A stretch of DNA of 63,647 nt, counting the filler, from Reticulomyxa filosa (Eukaryota; Protista; Foraminifera), in the NCBI GenBank assembly GCA_000512085.1. It is 26 parts of 26 records of this genome, joined end to end, with 100 filler letters (N's around TTAATTAATTAA, not from the genome) between each part and the next. Parts side by side here need not be neighbours in the genome. Positions count along the whole stretch, not along the records: positions 40,690 to 42,579 come from ASPP01007608.1; positions 42,680 to 45,031 come from ASPP01036207.1; positions 45,132 to 46,333 come from ASPP01026950.1; positions 46,434 to 47,902 come from ASPP01012227.1; positions 48,003 to 50,043 come from ASPP01020446.1; positions 50,144 to 57,813 come from ASPP01007636.1; 20 more parts are not named here. One strand, written 5' to 3'. The position numbers and the translations under genes were made by a program. A model generated the notes under the pieces. It was given only the letters and a program-made list of their open reading frames with translations, ran no database searches and was not told the DNA's origin. Every line of letters begins with the position of its first letter. Position 1 is the first letter of the stretch. Shown piece after piece: positions 40,719 to 52,316 of this stretch.

Positions 40719-42563
40719 TCAAAACAGAATTCGAGCATCGATTGTCTTGAAAAAATCGCCAATGGTGCTAACGGTCAGACCGGAAATGGTGATATTCCAA
40801 AACGACACGTCCACGCAGTTTTCAAACAGATCGAGCATGGTGCAAATAACATGCGGATTCGCTCCTGGAAACAACGTATCCTTTGGCAAATTGCACTCCT
40901 TTGCGTCCACAAGCATGCTGTCGGTGTTGTACAATGTCACATTCAGAATTTTCAATTGCGTCGGAGGACCTATCACAACACACATATGTTGTTGTTCATC
41001 ATTGTATAATGATTTATCTATCTTTTTCTTCTTCTTCAAACAAAGTATGTACAATTTCAATTTGATTTATTAAAAAAAATAAAATAAAATTATATATATA
41101 TATATACATACATATATACATATATACATATATACATATATACATATATGTATATAAACCTGATCGAATGACCAACGGCGTGATGTCACCATTTTGAATA
41201 CTATTCCATGAAATGTTAACATAGGAAGTGTTGAACAAGGTAGTGTTCGTCATTGAAGTATCATACGAACAGGCCACACTAATCCACGCAATGTAGTAAT
41301 CACTGCCGCTCACTTTATCGGGATACCCGTCGCACTTTTCGTCAGTGCACATTAGTTTGCCTTCACAATTCTCTGGATATGACAATACATTGCTTTTTTT
41401 TGAATATATTTGCATAACACGTCTCGTCTCATTTGTGCACACATATAAATTTCAATAATCAAAATGCAACACATATATACATATATACATATATATATAT
41501 ATATATGTATATATGTATATAAAAGATTGAAAATGCAAATAATACATACGTTTGCGAGGCAACGTCTTTGTTTGACCAATCAATCATAATGTCTCCCATA
41601 AAAACATAGGACGTGTAGTTGGCTTCAGTGAGATAGTCCAACTTGAGGATTTGCATAAGCGCGGACCCATAGCCTGCCATTTCCTTGGGATTGGAATGCA
41701 AGTTGCGCAACACATTGTCTTGGAACATCCAGTACCTCAGACTGGTGGAAGCGAGCTTGATGCCCAACAAGCTGTTCCATCCGCGATTGAACACGACCAT
41801 GTTCACCACGCTGTAATCCTCAAACTTGGTTGTGTATTGATTCGTGTCAATGTACACTTTCCAAACGCGATTGCAATTGATATTGTCCGCATTCAGTAAG
41901 TTCCACTGTTCCGACTTCACCGACGTGCCAACGGGACGCAAGTCTTGCAACGAGTTGTTCGAAATCCAACTTCCATACATGCAGAAATCAAACTTGGCTT
42001 GGAGCATGGCGTGCAACACGCGATTGTGGCTCCCGAAACTCGACAAGTAGTTCTTCGAAATTATGTACGTATTGTATTCTACGCGACAGTTGATCATGGC
42101 CACACTGTCAAATGCAATGTTCGATGCGTCCTCGCTGTCTGTTGCTTTCAGTGTGTTGTTGAATATCGACGAGTTCATCATTTTCACACTTGCGCCGAGG
42201 ATTTTCAAATCCAAATCTTGATTGCCAATTATCTCCAACGTCTCTGTCAATTTATATATGTACATATATATATATATAAATTGACAAAGTAGTGTAATAA
42301 GGTTATCTACCTAAAGTCACGTTGGTAGCTCCAATGGTGGAATACATGTAGTCTTCATGGGATTCAAAAAAAGTGAGTTGTTGATTATTGATGAACTGGA
42401 CATTCGAATAGCTATAATCGACACCGGAGAAGGAAGTGGTCGCTGTCACTTGGATTGTCTTCGAGTTTTCCACGACCAAGTACGATATGTGCAGGTTGGG
42501 TACTTCCCTAAACCACAGGTTGCATGCAGTACACTTTTCCAGAGTCCACTGTTTGAGCATCAC
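40719..42563 (-). CDS. Large extracellular-type protein fragment (Asn/Ser/Thr/Cys-rich, beta-helix-like)
   Basis: Four same-strand ORFs separated by TA-microsatellite introns, with many N-x-S/T sequons and FxNN-type motifs. Confidence 0.55.
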
Positions 42564-42679
42564 CCACCCACCCCCCCCCNNNNNNNNNNNNNNNNNNNNN
42601 NNNNNNNNNNNNNNNNNNNNNNNTTAATTAATTAANNNNNNNNNNNNNNNNNNNNNNNNNNNNNNNNNNNNNNNNNNNN

Positions 42680-43185
42680 TCAGATTGATCTTGTTGTTTT
42701 TCAAACCATTGTTGAAAATAATATTTTTGTAAATCAAATTTATCCCACATTCCCAAATGATTTAAAATTGTGTTATAAAATATGATATTTGGATGAATAT
42801 GTTTACTTTGCACAATTTCAATAATTCGAATGATCGAATTGGGACATTTTAATTCTGAACATCGTTTAACTGCTGCAGCATAGAGAGTGATGTCTTGTGA
42901 AGAACTCATTTTGAGATATTGAATAATTTCCTTATCAGATTCCATTTTTTGAAGTAGCGATCGTTCATATTGTGGTTCAGGGGATGGTATTGCTTTTGAT
43001 AATGCACCCTGCTGTCCCTGTAGCTTTTTCATGTATTGATTCCTTTGATGCTGTTCGTCCAATCTAACGCGATGTGTGTTGGGTTGACGAAGTCGTCTAA
43101 TGAGAATGCAAGGAATGAGGTTCCAGATTGTTTTCTTGTTTAGCTCTTTTTGTCTACGGTTAGCCCTTCTGAAAGTTGTGATCAT
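42680..43185 (-). CDS. Pentatricopeptide-repeat protein, copy A (3' partial)
   Basis: IHPNIIFYNTILNHLGMWDKFDLQKYYFQQW PPR-like unit; close paralog of 44389-45031; basic N-terminus. Confidence 0.85.
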
Positions 43186-43634
43186 CATTATTGTCACTTA
43201 TTTCTTTAATTATCAATTCAAAACTTGAACTTTGAGTTTAGTTTTGCTGAACTTTTTAATTAAAAAGTTAGAGAGATTTCAAATTTAATGGTATGCATAA
43301 TCCTTAAAATATTATTTTATGACAACTTAGTGAATATTTAACTGTAATTTGATGTTGTTTTTTTTACAAGGACCTGAAATGATTCTGTTCAAACCTATCG
43401 AGTTTCTCCTTTTTTTACTATTGTGTTATCACTTCATGTTACAATTTCTGCCAACTTATTTTTGTGCTCTCATATTTATCGGAGAAGATTTATTTTATAG
43501 AATTGTATTTCAATAGGTAAAGAAAAAGTTACGCATTACCACAAAGACAATATCTTCAACGAATAAAATAGCATTTGAATCTTGTTTGGCATGCAATTCG
43601 AAAAAACAGAAAAAAGGAATACAAAAAACTAACA

Positions 43635-43920
43635 TTACACAAATTATATAATCACTGTTATTATTGCTTTATAATGGTGAAATATCAATACACCAAACGT
43701 ATTCTGGATGTCCATTAAAAATATATAATGATTTTAATGTTTCAATATCCCATAATGGTTTTGTCTTGTGATGAAGAACAAATGACATTTTGACGATGAT
43801 TATGATATGGTGAAAATTTCAATACACAGAACCTGAATGTCCATTGAATGATTGAATTTATTTGTTGTTATCAACATCACGTACACGAACTGTTTTATAA
43901 TCTGATCTAGAACAGTTACG
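43635..43920 (-). pseudogene. WD40-family relic
   Basis: Minus-strand remnants SDYKTVRVRDVDNNK*IQSFNGH and WDIETLKSLYIFNGHPEYVWCIDISPL*. Confidence 0.75.
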
Positions 43921-44388
43921 TGAAAGAGAGAACTGCAATGAAAGTTATTTGTGACTAAAAGTGATTTGTCCTAGACAATTTATGAAACATCCCAACCAAA
44001 AAGAAGAAAATCAAATCTCAAAATAAATTTTGACGTTGAGTCTTTTTGCTTCCTTTTTCTTGAACTTATTATCTTCAAGCAGGTGTTCTATTACAAAGCA
44101 ATCAATTAACATCATATCAGCCATTAAAATTAAAAACCTCTTGTCATACTATTTCCAAACACTATATTTTTGGGCAAAGATGTTAATTGCTTAAAATAAT
44201 GCAAATTATTACAAAAAATATTAAGCTGCCCACTTATTTATTACAAAAGAGCACCAAAAATAATACTTACAAATAGCATATTTAACAAATTCCAATTAAA
44301 TCACTCAAATTTGAAATCCATCATTAACTTTTTTTAATTAAAGGGTTCCCAAAGTTCAAGTAGCAAAATTGATAATAAAAAAACAAAC

Positions 44389-45031
44389 ATGATCACAACT
44401 CTCAAAAGAGCTGGTATTACACAAGGAAAGCTAAGCAAGAGGCCAATCTGGAACCTCATTCCTTGTGTTCTCATAAGACAACTTCGTCAACCCAACACAC
44501 ATCGCGTCAGATTGGACGAACAACACCAAATGACTCAATACATGAAAAAGCTAAAGGGACAACAGGGCGCGTTATCAAAGGTAATATCTTCCCCTGAAAC
44601 AAAATATGAACGATCATTACTTCGAAACATGGAATCTGATAAAGAAATTATTCAATATCTCAAGGAGAGCTCATCTCAAAATACGTCTCTCTATGCTGCG
44701 GCTATTAAAAGATGTTCAGAATTAAAATGTTCCAATTCAATCATTCGAATTATTGAAATTGTGCAAAGTAAGCATATTCATCCAGATATTATATTTTACA
44801 ACATGATTTTAAATCATTTGGGAATGTGGAATAAATTTGATTTACAAAAACATTACTTTCAACAATGGTTCGAAGAACAACAAAATCAAACTAATCGTCA
44901 ATTGTTGGTTCCTAATATCATCACATTCAGTACAATGATCAAAGGATGTGCAAAGAGAGGAGATTTTAAACAGGCATTATATTATTTTTATTTGATGATT
45001 GACAAATATAACATCCAACCAGATTTGATTA
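44389..45031 (+). CDS. Pentatricopeptide-repeat protein, copy B (3' partial)
   Basis: Canonical PPR LVPNIITFSTMIKGCAKRGDFKQALYYFYLMIDKYNIQPD, preceded by IHPDIIFYNMILNHLG. The first ~40 aa are Arg/Lys-rich with no acidic residues, like a mitochondrial presequence. Confidence 0.9.
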
Positions 45032-45131
45032 NNNNNNNNNNNNNNNNNNNNNNNNNNNNNNNNNNNNNNNNNNNNTTAATTAATTAANNNNNNNNNNNNN
45101 NNNNNNNNNNNNNNNNNNNNNNNNNNNNNNN

Positions 45132-46122
45132 ATAGATATGCTTTATCAGCATCTGACCAATTACTTGGAAGAATAGACGATGAATATAACATGATATCAA
45201 TACTTGATGCGCATTGTCTTTCATGAACGTGCAGTCAAATGGCAATATATTGATCTCGATATTTAGTTTTATCTTTTTAATATACTGAAGTATCTTAAAG
45301 CTTTACACTTGTTCCAACGTGTCAGATCGTCACGATGATCTGATATATGATTTTTTTTAATGTATTGACAATATGTAATCCATTTGATACGATGAAATCA
45401 TAATTTTTTGCTTATTTTTGCATTTTTCTGCCTCGTGATTTGCCAATCCACAATACTTACATATTTTGCGCTTCTTTGGGTATTCACTGGCAATATGATT
45501 CAGTCTGTAGCATTTCCTGCATTGCTTGAAATGCGATTTTGGTCTTGATTTGCTTTTGTCGAATGGCTCCACTGAATATTCAATCTGAATATCATTGTCT
45601 TTCAATATCTTAACGACATCTTCAGTCTTGGATAGCAATTGGCATCTTATGGAATAGTTTAACTTCTTGTATTTGATATCCATAATCTTCCAATGTCTCT
45701 CCTTGATTTCACTATCGCTTTCGCGAGTTCGTATACATGAATTGTCGTCGGACTTACATGTTTTTCTTCTACATATTTTCAAATGTGAGTTTCAGTTTTG
45801 CTCGAATTTCAGTATTTTTTTTTTTTAGCAAGAATGAGATCTTATCCAAGTTAAAATGAGCACCTGTCCCAAAAGGGACAGTACTCTAATAAAAACAAAC
45901 AAAAAAAATGGAAAAGATCAACAAAACATATCAAAAACTCACACAAAATCAACAAGTGAAAAAATAATAATTTTAATCTTTAAAATAAAAAAAAAACAAA
46001 TAAAATCTCAAAGGTTGTACGGCGAGATCAATCAACGGTTGTGAAAACAAAATGGCTCTTCCCTGTAATGGTCAGGGGGAATTACAGGAGCAATGCCAAT
46101 GCTCAACCGAATCCTCTGAGCC
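45132..46122 (-). mobile_element. Decayed non-LTR retrotransposon (LINE): 5' region, gag-like ORF1 zinc knuckles and endonuclease remnants
   Basis: QCRKCYRLNHIASEY and CKYCGLANHEAEKC (CCHC knuckles) in ORF 45357-45782, followed by DFIVSNGLHIVN and SSIDIMLYSSSI fragments typical of an AP-endonuclease C-terminus. Confidence 0.7.
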
Positions 46123-46434
46123 TTATTTTCGAAGTGTTGAATTATCAGTGAAATATTGAGATTCAATTCACCTCTTTTAACAAATTAAAGCAAACTAAAA
46201 CAAAAAATAAAATTTAAACATTTATTATTCAAGAAAATCATGTGAATACTATTGATATTGCCATTTCGGCTTATTTAATAAAAAAGTCGCTCAATTTTGT
46301 TTGACATTCTTTCTTGTTGATATTATTTTGTTTNNNNNNNNNNNNNNNNNNNNNNNNNNNNNNNNNNNNNNNNNNNNTTAATTAATTAANNNNNNNNNNN
46401 NNNNNNNNNNNNNNNNNNNNNNNNNNNNNNNNNT

Positions 46435-47700
46435 ATGAATAACGGGACAGCAACAGCAGCAGTGGCAGCGGCAGCAGCAGCAGCAGCAGCGGCGGCAGCA
46501 GCAGCGGGTTTTCCATTGACAGCAAACACAGCAGCAGGCTACGTGGTTTCGACAGGAGGAGCAGGCATGGGAGGCATAGGCAGCGGAGGAGGAGGAGGGG
46601 GAGGAGGTGGAGGAGGTGGTGGAAGTAGTGGTGGTGGAATGGGAGGAGTGGGAGGAGTGGGAGGAGGAGAAGACGACGATCTGATGGAAGGAGATATCAA
46701 CGCCGAGGACAACACGAAGGCCAAAGGAAAGAACAAGTTGCCAGTGGAGCACGATACGCATTACAACATGCAACAGCTATTGGCGGAGAACATACTGAGC
46801 AGCGACTATTTCAAAAGTTTGTATCGCTACAAAACGTATCACGAAGTGATCGAGGAAGTGAAGAACCATTGCAAGAATTTGGAACCGAGAATGAGTGGAT
46901 TCAGTCGCAAGCCGTCGACGGCGTTTTGTATTTTGTACAAGTTCTTCACGATGAATCTGACAGTGCGCCAAGTCAAAGGATTGCTCGACGATTACGAAAA
47001 CCCTTTTGTTCGAGGCATCGGCTTTCTTTATCTGCGCTACTTGCTCAACGCCAAGGACTTGTGGAAGTGGTTCGAACCTTACTTTGATGACAACCAGCTG
47101 TTCCAACCTTTTGACAATGGCGATTCCATTGTACCACACACGAGTGGCAGCGGCGGCGGTGGCGGCGGCGGTGGTAGCAGTGGCAATGGCAGCAGCAACA
47201 GCAACAACAACAACAGCAGTGGTGGCGGCAAACACAGCAAAGACAGCTCCAACAGTGGTGCCAATAGTAACAATGGCGGTGGCAACAACAGCAATAGCAA
47301 TAATATCTCCTCTAGCAGTGGCGATGGACTCGGCTCCAACGGAGGAGGAGGAGGAGGAGGAAGCAGTGGCGTTGGCGATGTCCGGATGGGTGACTTTGTC
47401 AAACTCTTGTTGACGGAACAAAAATACCAAAATACCATATTGCCCAGGATCCCTGTCAAAATCCAACGCCTATACAAAAAACAGTTACTTCGACGAGACT
47501 TGGAAAAAGAACGCGATTTGAAGAACGAAAGTATACGTTCCTATTTAAAACCTGGGATGCGCGTCATGGCGGAATGGGCCGCTGATCAAAAGTGGTACGA
47601 GGCACAAGTCATGCAGGCCGTTCATAAAAATGGCAAGTTTTTGGTCAGTTATTTGGAATATCCGGATGAACTGCCCGTTGAAATCACTATAGGTTCGTAA
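46435..47700 (+). CDS. PRPF38B: Pre-mRNA splicing factor PRP38B-like protein with a C-terminal Tudor domain (partial)
   Basis: NILSSDYFK, KTYHEVIEE, PSTAFCILYKFF, FVRGIGFLYLRY, LWKWFEPYFDD and TILPRIPVKIQR, followed by Tudor-like LKPGMRVMAEWAADQKWYEAQV..FLVSYLEY. Probable splice donor near 47693. Confidence 0.92.
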   Translation: MNNGTATAAVAAAAAAAAAAAAAAGFPLTANTAAGYVVSTGGAGMGGIGSGGGGGGGGGGGGGSSGGGMGGVGGVGGGEDDDLMEGDINAEDNTKAKGKNKLPVEHDTHYNMQQLLAENILSSDYFKSLYRYKTYHEVIEEVKNHCKNLEPRMSGFSRKPSTAFCILYKFFTMNLTVRQVKGLLDDYENPFVRGIGFLYLRYLLNAKDLWKWFEPYFDDNQLFQPFDNGDSIVPHTSGSGGGGGGGGSSGNGSSNSNNNNSSGGGKHSKDSSNSGANSNNGGGNNSNSNNISSSSGDGLGSNGGGGGGGSSGVGDVRMGDFVKLLLTEQKYQNTILPRIPVKIQRLYKKQLLRRDLEKERDLKNESIRSYLKPGMRVMAEWAADQKWYEAQVMQAVHKNGKFLVSYLEYPDELPVEITIGS

Positions 47701-48002
47701 TAATCGGTCTTTTTTGTTTAGGTATTTTCATTTTGCTATTTGTTTGCATTTGTGTGATCCCATTGAATTAATACCTTGCCAAAGCAAAAAAAAAAAGAGA
47801 GAAAAAAAAAAATTGTCCGTTGCGTTTTTGCGAAGTGTTTTTATTTATTATTATTTCGGATTACACATTGTGAGGAATTATTATAAATAATAACAACAAT
47901 AANNNNNNNNNNNNNNNNNNNNNNNNNNNNNNNNNNNNNNNNNNNNTTAATTAATTAANNNNNNNNNNNNNNNNNNNNNNNNNNNNNNNNNNNNNNNNNN
48001 NN

Positions 48003-48818
48003 TGATAATAATAATAATAATAATAATAACAATGACGATGCTAAACACACGGACGATAGCAAACCTCGTCGCAGACCACTCAGCGTTGACAGCAGCGAGG
48101 CTTCGCGCAATCGCAATCGTCGCAGCTCCAGTCGAGACTTCTTTTCCAATTACGATGAATTCGAAGACAGAGAGGTCTCCTTTGACGCTTTGAGTGATAT
48201 TGAAGCCAATGACAATAACAAAAGAAGAATAAAATAAAATAATAACAATAATAATAACAATAACAATCAACGTAAAACAAAATAACAATGTACAACATAA
48301 TAATAATAATAATAACAATAATAATAATAGTAATAATAATAATAATAATAATATAAATGAAGAAGTTGAAGCTCAAAAAAGACTCTGGGAACAAATATCG
48401 CAAAAAATCGAGGGTCGATTGCTGTTCTTGTATCTCACATGTTTGCTGCCACTGATCGTCTTATCTGTACTGTCGTGGCAATATCATTGGCATATTTTAC
48501 CCATGTTCACCACTCACTGCAACAAGCAGTACATCGACAAGTCCTTGTGGACATGGACGGCCCTGTCCTTCTTCCAATTCGTCGGTCTGGTCGTCATGAT
48601 CTACTACATCCGTCACGTGTGGAGAGCCTTTAGCGTCAAGCAAGAGCTCATTTGGGCCGCCTTCTTCGAAGCCTTCTTTTGCATTTTCATGATCACCTTT
48701 GTGCTCACTACACATTATCGCTTCGACCATAGTCTATGTGTTTTATATCTATACTTGATGCGAACCATTGGTTTATTTACCATTTCCAGTTTCGAAAAAA
48801 AAAAAAAAAGTAAAATAA

Positions 48819-48862
<44 letters not shown>

Positions 48863-50009
48863 TTATTTATTTATTTTATGTGTTTATATAAAAGTGACTT
48901 GGCCAGTGTATCGAACATTCTTTGCCTCAAGTGTTCCTGAATTACCCAGTCAAGATGTGATAACGTCATTGCAGGCGATAGTGGAGGACGGCGAAGCGCT
49001 AACATACTTCCACAACTTTATGAAAGAGAGTGGGACGAATGCATTTATGCTGTTGAACTTTTGGATGGAGATTGGACTGTTTCAGGAGGCGTGCAATAGC
49101 TACAAGGAGTTGGTGCATTCGATGTGCATCAGCAATGGTCCCGAGCCTCTGTCCGTGATGACAGACAACAAGAAGCAGCCAATGAACGGACTGACGATCA
49201 ATCGCACGCCGAGGTCGTTTCTAGGCAGTCGTCGAGGCAGCTTCAGCGCGTTGCCTTTTGTGGACTCGTTTCAAAAGGACAAGCAAAAGCTTGAGCAACT
49301 GCGCAAAGAGATTTGCAAGCAAATGTACGATTTGTACAAAAAGTATTTCGACTCTACTTTTTCGTCACTCCATCCTCCTCCTCCTCCTCCTCCTCCCCCT
49401 TTTTCTTCTTCTTCTTCTCCTCCTCATCACTCCAATTCTTCGTCGTTATTGTCATCGCCCTTCGTCGTCCAACAGATTGTCGGGATCGAAGCATGCGAAC
49501 TCATCACGAGTCGTCTGCAGGATTGTCGACACCATTATGCCGAATGCTTCGATTCGAGTGCAGACGAGTCTGCTCCAGTTTCCGTAGTCCAACCCCCTCA
49601 TCATGAACATAGCTTCAATGCCATCACTCATCTCAATGCCCATGCTACTGTTCACAAATACAAACCCAAACAACAACAACAACAACAACAACAAGCTTCT
49701 TATTTCGATCACGACGAATCCTCATTCTCCAATGATGATGACATTGAACATGACAAAGAAGATATCCCGGTTGATATCTTTGATGTCGCTCAAAAATTAG
49801 TCTTTCAGCATATGGAAAATTTCCATTATCAGTTCTTTTGCTTTTCATTTTCTAGTTTTCATTTGCCCACGCTTTCTTTCAATTCGCTTGTTTGCTTGCT
49901 TTTTTTCAATAGGCTGTTCTTAAGAAGTGAACATTGCAAACGTCTTTTATTGACACTCCAAAACAAAGAAGCAGTCTTTCGCAAGCTAGTTGAAGACGAC
50001 TTCTTGTAA
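48003..50009 (+). CDS. Transmembrane RGS-domain protein (7TM-RGS type), 5' partial
   Basis: Four TM helices with VWRAFSVKQEL and xTWPVY, then an RGS box SLQAIVEDGEALTYFHNFM..LLNFWMEI..LYKKYF..DIFDVAQKLVFQHMEN..FLRS. Introns about 48789-48893 and 49832-49911. Confidence 0.85.
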
Positions 50010-50011
50010 TT

Positions 50012-50042
<31 letters not shown>

Positions 50043-50169
50043 TNNNNNNNNNNNNNNNNNNNNNNNNNNNNNNNNNNNNNNNNNNNNTTAATTAATTAAN
50101 NNNNNNNNNNNNNNNNNNNNNNNNNNNNNNNNNNNNNNNNNNNAAAAAAAAAAAAAAAAAAAAAAAAGG

Positions 50170-50537
50170 GGGAAATGGAGTTCAACAAGTTTGTTTGCAA
50201 GATGAAACAAATTGGCAAAATGCATCAAAAATTCAATCTGAAGGAAAATCTATTCCATGCTATAATTGTCAGCTTTTTGAAAGTACTAAGCACATGCTAC
50301 AGAGAAGATTTCCAAGAGCGCGAAAAGACTGCCATGTTTGTTGCTTTGAAACTAGCTGTCAAGTGCATGTCGAATGACAATCCCGCAACTACACTTGTAT
50401 TTGCTAGCGATATAAACGCATATAGAAACAAAACTGGAGCCCCTCCTACGTACTCTCGACTTGCGTCGTCGCCTTTGCAAAAGACTTCACAGCCTCAAAC
50501 AAATTTTAATGCCACTACTCCCAACTCAAAAAATTGA
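50170..50537 (+). CDS. Globin-domain protein, last exon (helices F-H plus tail)
   Basis: KMKQIGKMHQKFNLKENLFHAIIVSFLKVLSTCYREDFQEREKTAM..VKCM fits LxxLGxxH (proximal His F8) and the G and H helix patterns. Confidence 0.7.
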
Positions 50538-51026
50538 CTTGTCAACACTGATATTTTCAAAGTGATGGACAGCACCATTCAACACAATTTCTTTTTTTTT
50601 CTTCAACCCCCCCCCTTTTCGCGTACTTAGATCACAACTCATTTTTATCTACTTCTTTTTGTGCTGTTTAATGGCAAATGATGAAACGAAGAGGGAAGAC
50701 TAAAAATATATATATACATATATATTTACATCAAAGAAAAACGTAGCTTTGTATTAACCCTCTACGTTGTATCATTCCTCTTCGTTTTGAAGTTTGAAAA
50801 AAATGTTATACTCTCGGCCACAAAGTAGCCGATCTGAAGTGTACGTTGTACTTGTTCAGTTAATTTTTAAACATTTCAAAATTTAGGTTTGAGCCAAAAT
50901 AAAGATTAATTTTGAAAACACTTTTCTTTCATTCCCTCCCAGATTGGTGCATTATTCACAAAATGTGAACGCGTTTCCCGAGGAAAGATTTTTTAAGAAT
51001 ATTTATTTCAATAAGAAATCACGTCA

Positions 51027-52242
51027 ATGTCCGGAAATAGAGTTTATCCAACAACTTTGTTTGGAAATTTAGAGCTTTCCTCACTGTTCTTGGCGGTAAG
51101 ATGAAAATATGTCGATATACCAAAAAAGGGGGGAGGAAGGAGGGGAACCATAAAAAAAAAAAAAAAAAAAAGAACACAAGCGGGATTGTTTGAACTTGTA
51201 TAGTTTTTTTACATTATGTTGTGTGTATTAGTAATCCGAAACCTGCGAAAATTACGCCGTAGAAATCGATCATGGAACACATTGCGAATATTTTGTTGGT
51301 GTTTATTGTTATTTGTAATAATCCGTGCATTGAGTTTTTCGTTGCACTTTGTGTTTTATGCGGCAAGTATCGACATGAATAGCAATATTTTAAATATAAT
51401 GATGAACTTATTGTTTTTATTACCGTCATTTTTATTCCTATCAGTATACATGGTGCTGTGTTGCCTATGGGTTGAAATTACGTTATTCAGTCGTGACCAG
51501 GATTTATTGACCCGAGAGAGGTACAGTAGAATCTGGCGATTATTATACGTAATGGTGTTTTTATTTATGTCAGTTGCTTTGATCATCACGTACGTAATCT
51601 CGATAAAAAAAAACTCAAACTCGAGTCAATTAGCAGCAGCCTTGTTTCGAAGCGTGTGGATAATGCAATTGTTCATCCCAACATGCGCAGCAGCGTTATA
51701 CGTATTCTTGGTGGTACGATTGGCCGGCTTTCCATTCCTCAGTCAAGTGTGGCAACAGCAAGCCGTATGCATGAACAAGGTGATGGTCATTTGGACATTG
51801 GGAGACATTTTGGAAGGCATAATGCTGTCGGTTTGGATAAGCAATCGAATCTACAATTGGGATCAGCACACATTGGAATTTCAAATTTCGGTGATCATTA
51901 CATTGTTCTTATCCGAAATGCTTCCAGTCATTTATATTACAGACTGGAATGTATTGAGCCTGTTTATCATGGCATTTGGCCACTGGCGCAGCCTGTTTCT
52001 CCCAGTGGCGATTTCACAAGAGTCCCCGCACTTCCAGCCTTTGTTATCCGAAAACGATCTGGTCAAAAAGTATTCCCCACGCAACGTCATCAAGTGCGAA
52101 AGCGTCACCCCAAAGGCACTTGCACAACAGCACCAACTGCAGCAACAGCAAAAAGTTGTGCAAGCTCAAGGAAATAATCGCGATGATAATGACAATAATA
52201 ATAATAATAATAATAGTAACAGTGATAATGATGACGATGATG

Positions 52243-52316
<74 letters not shown>

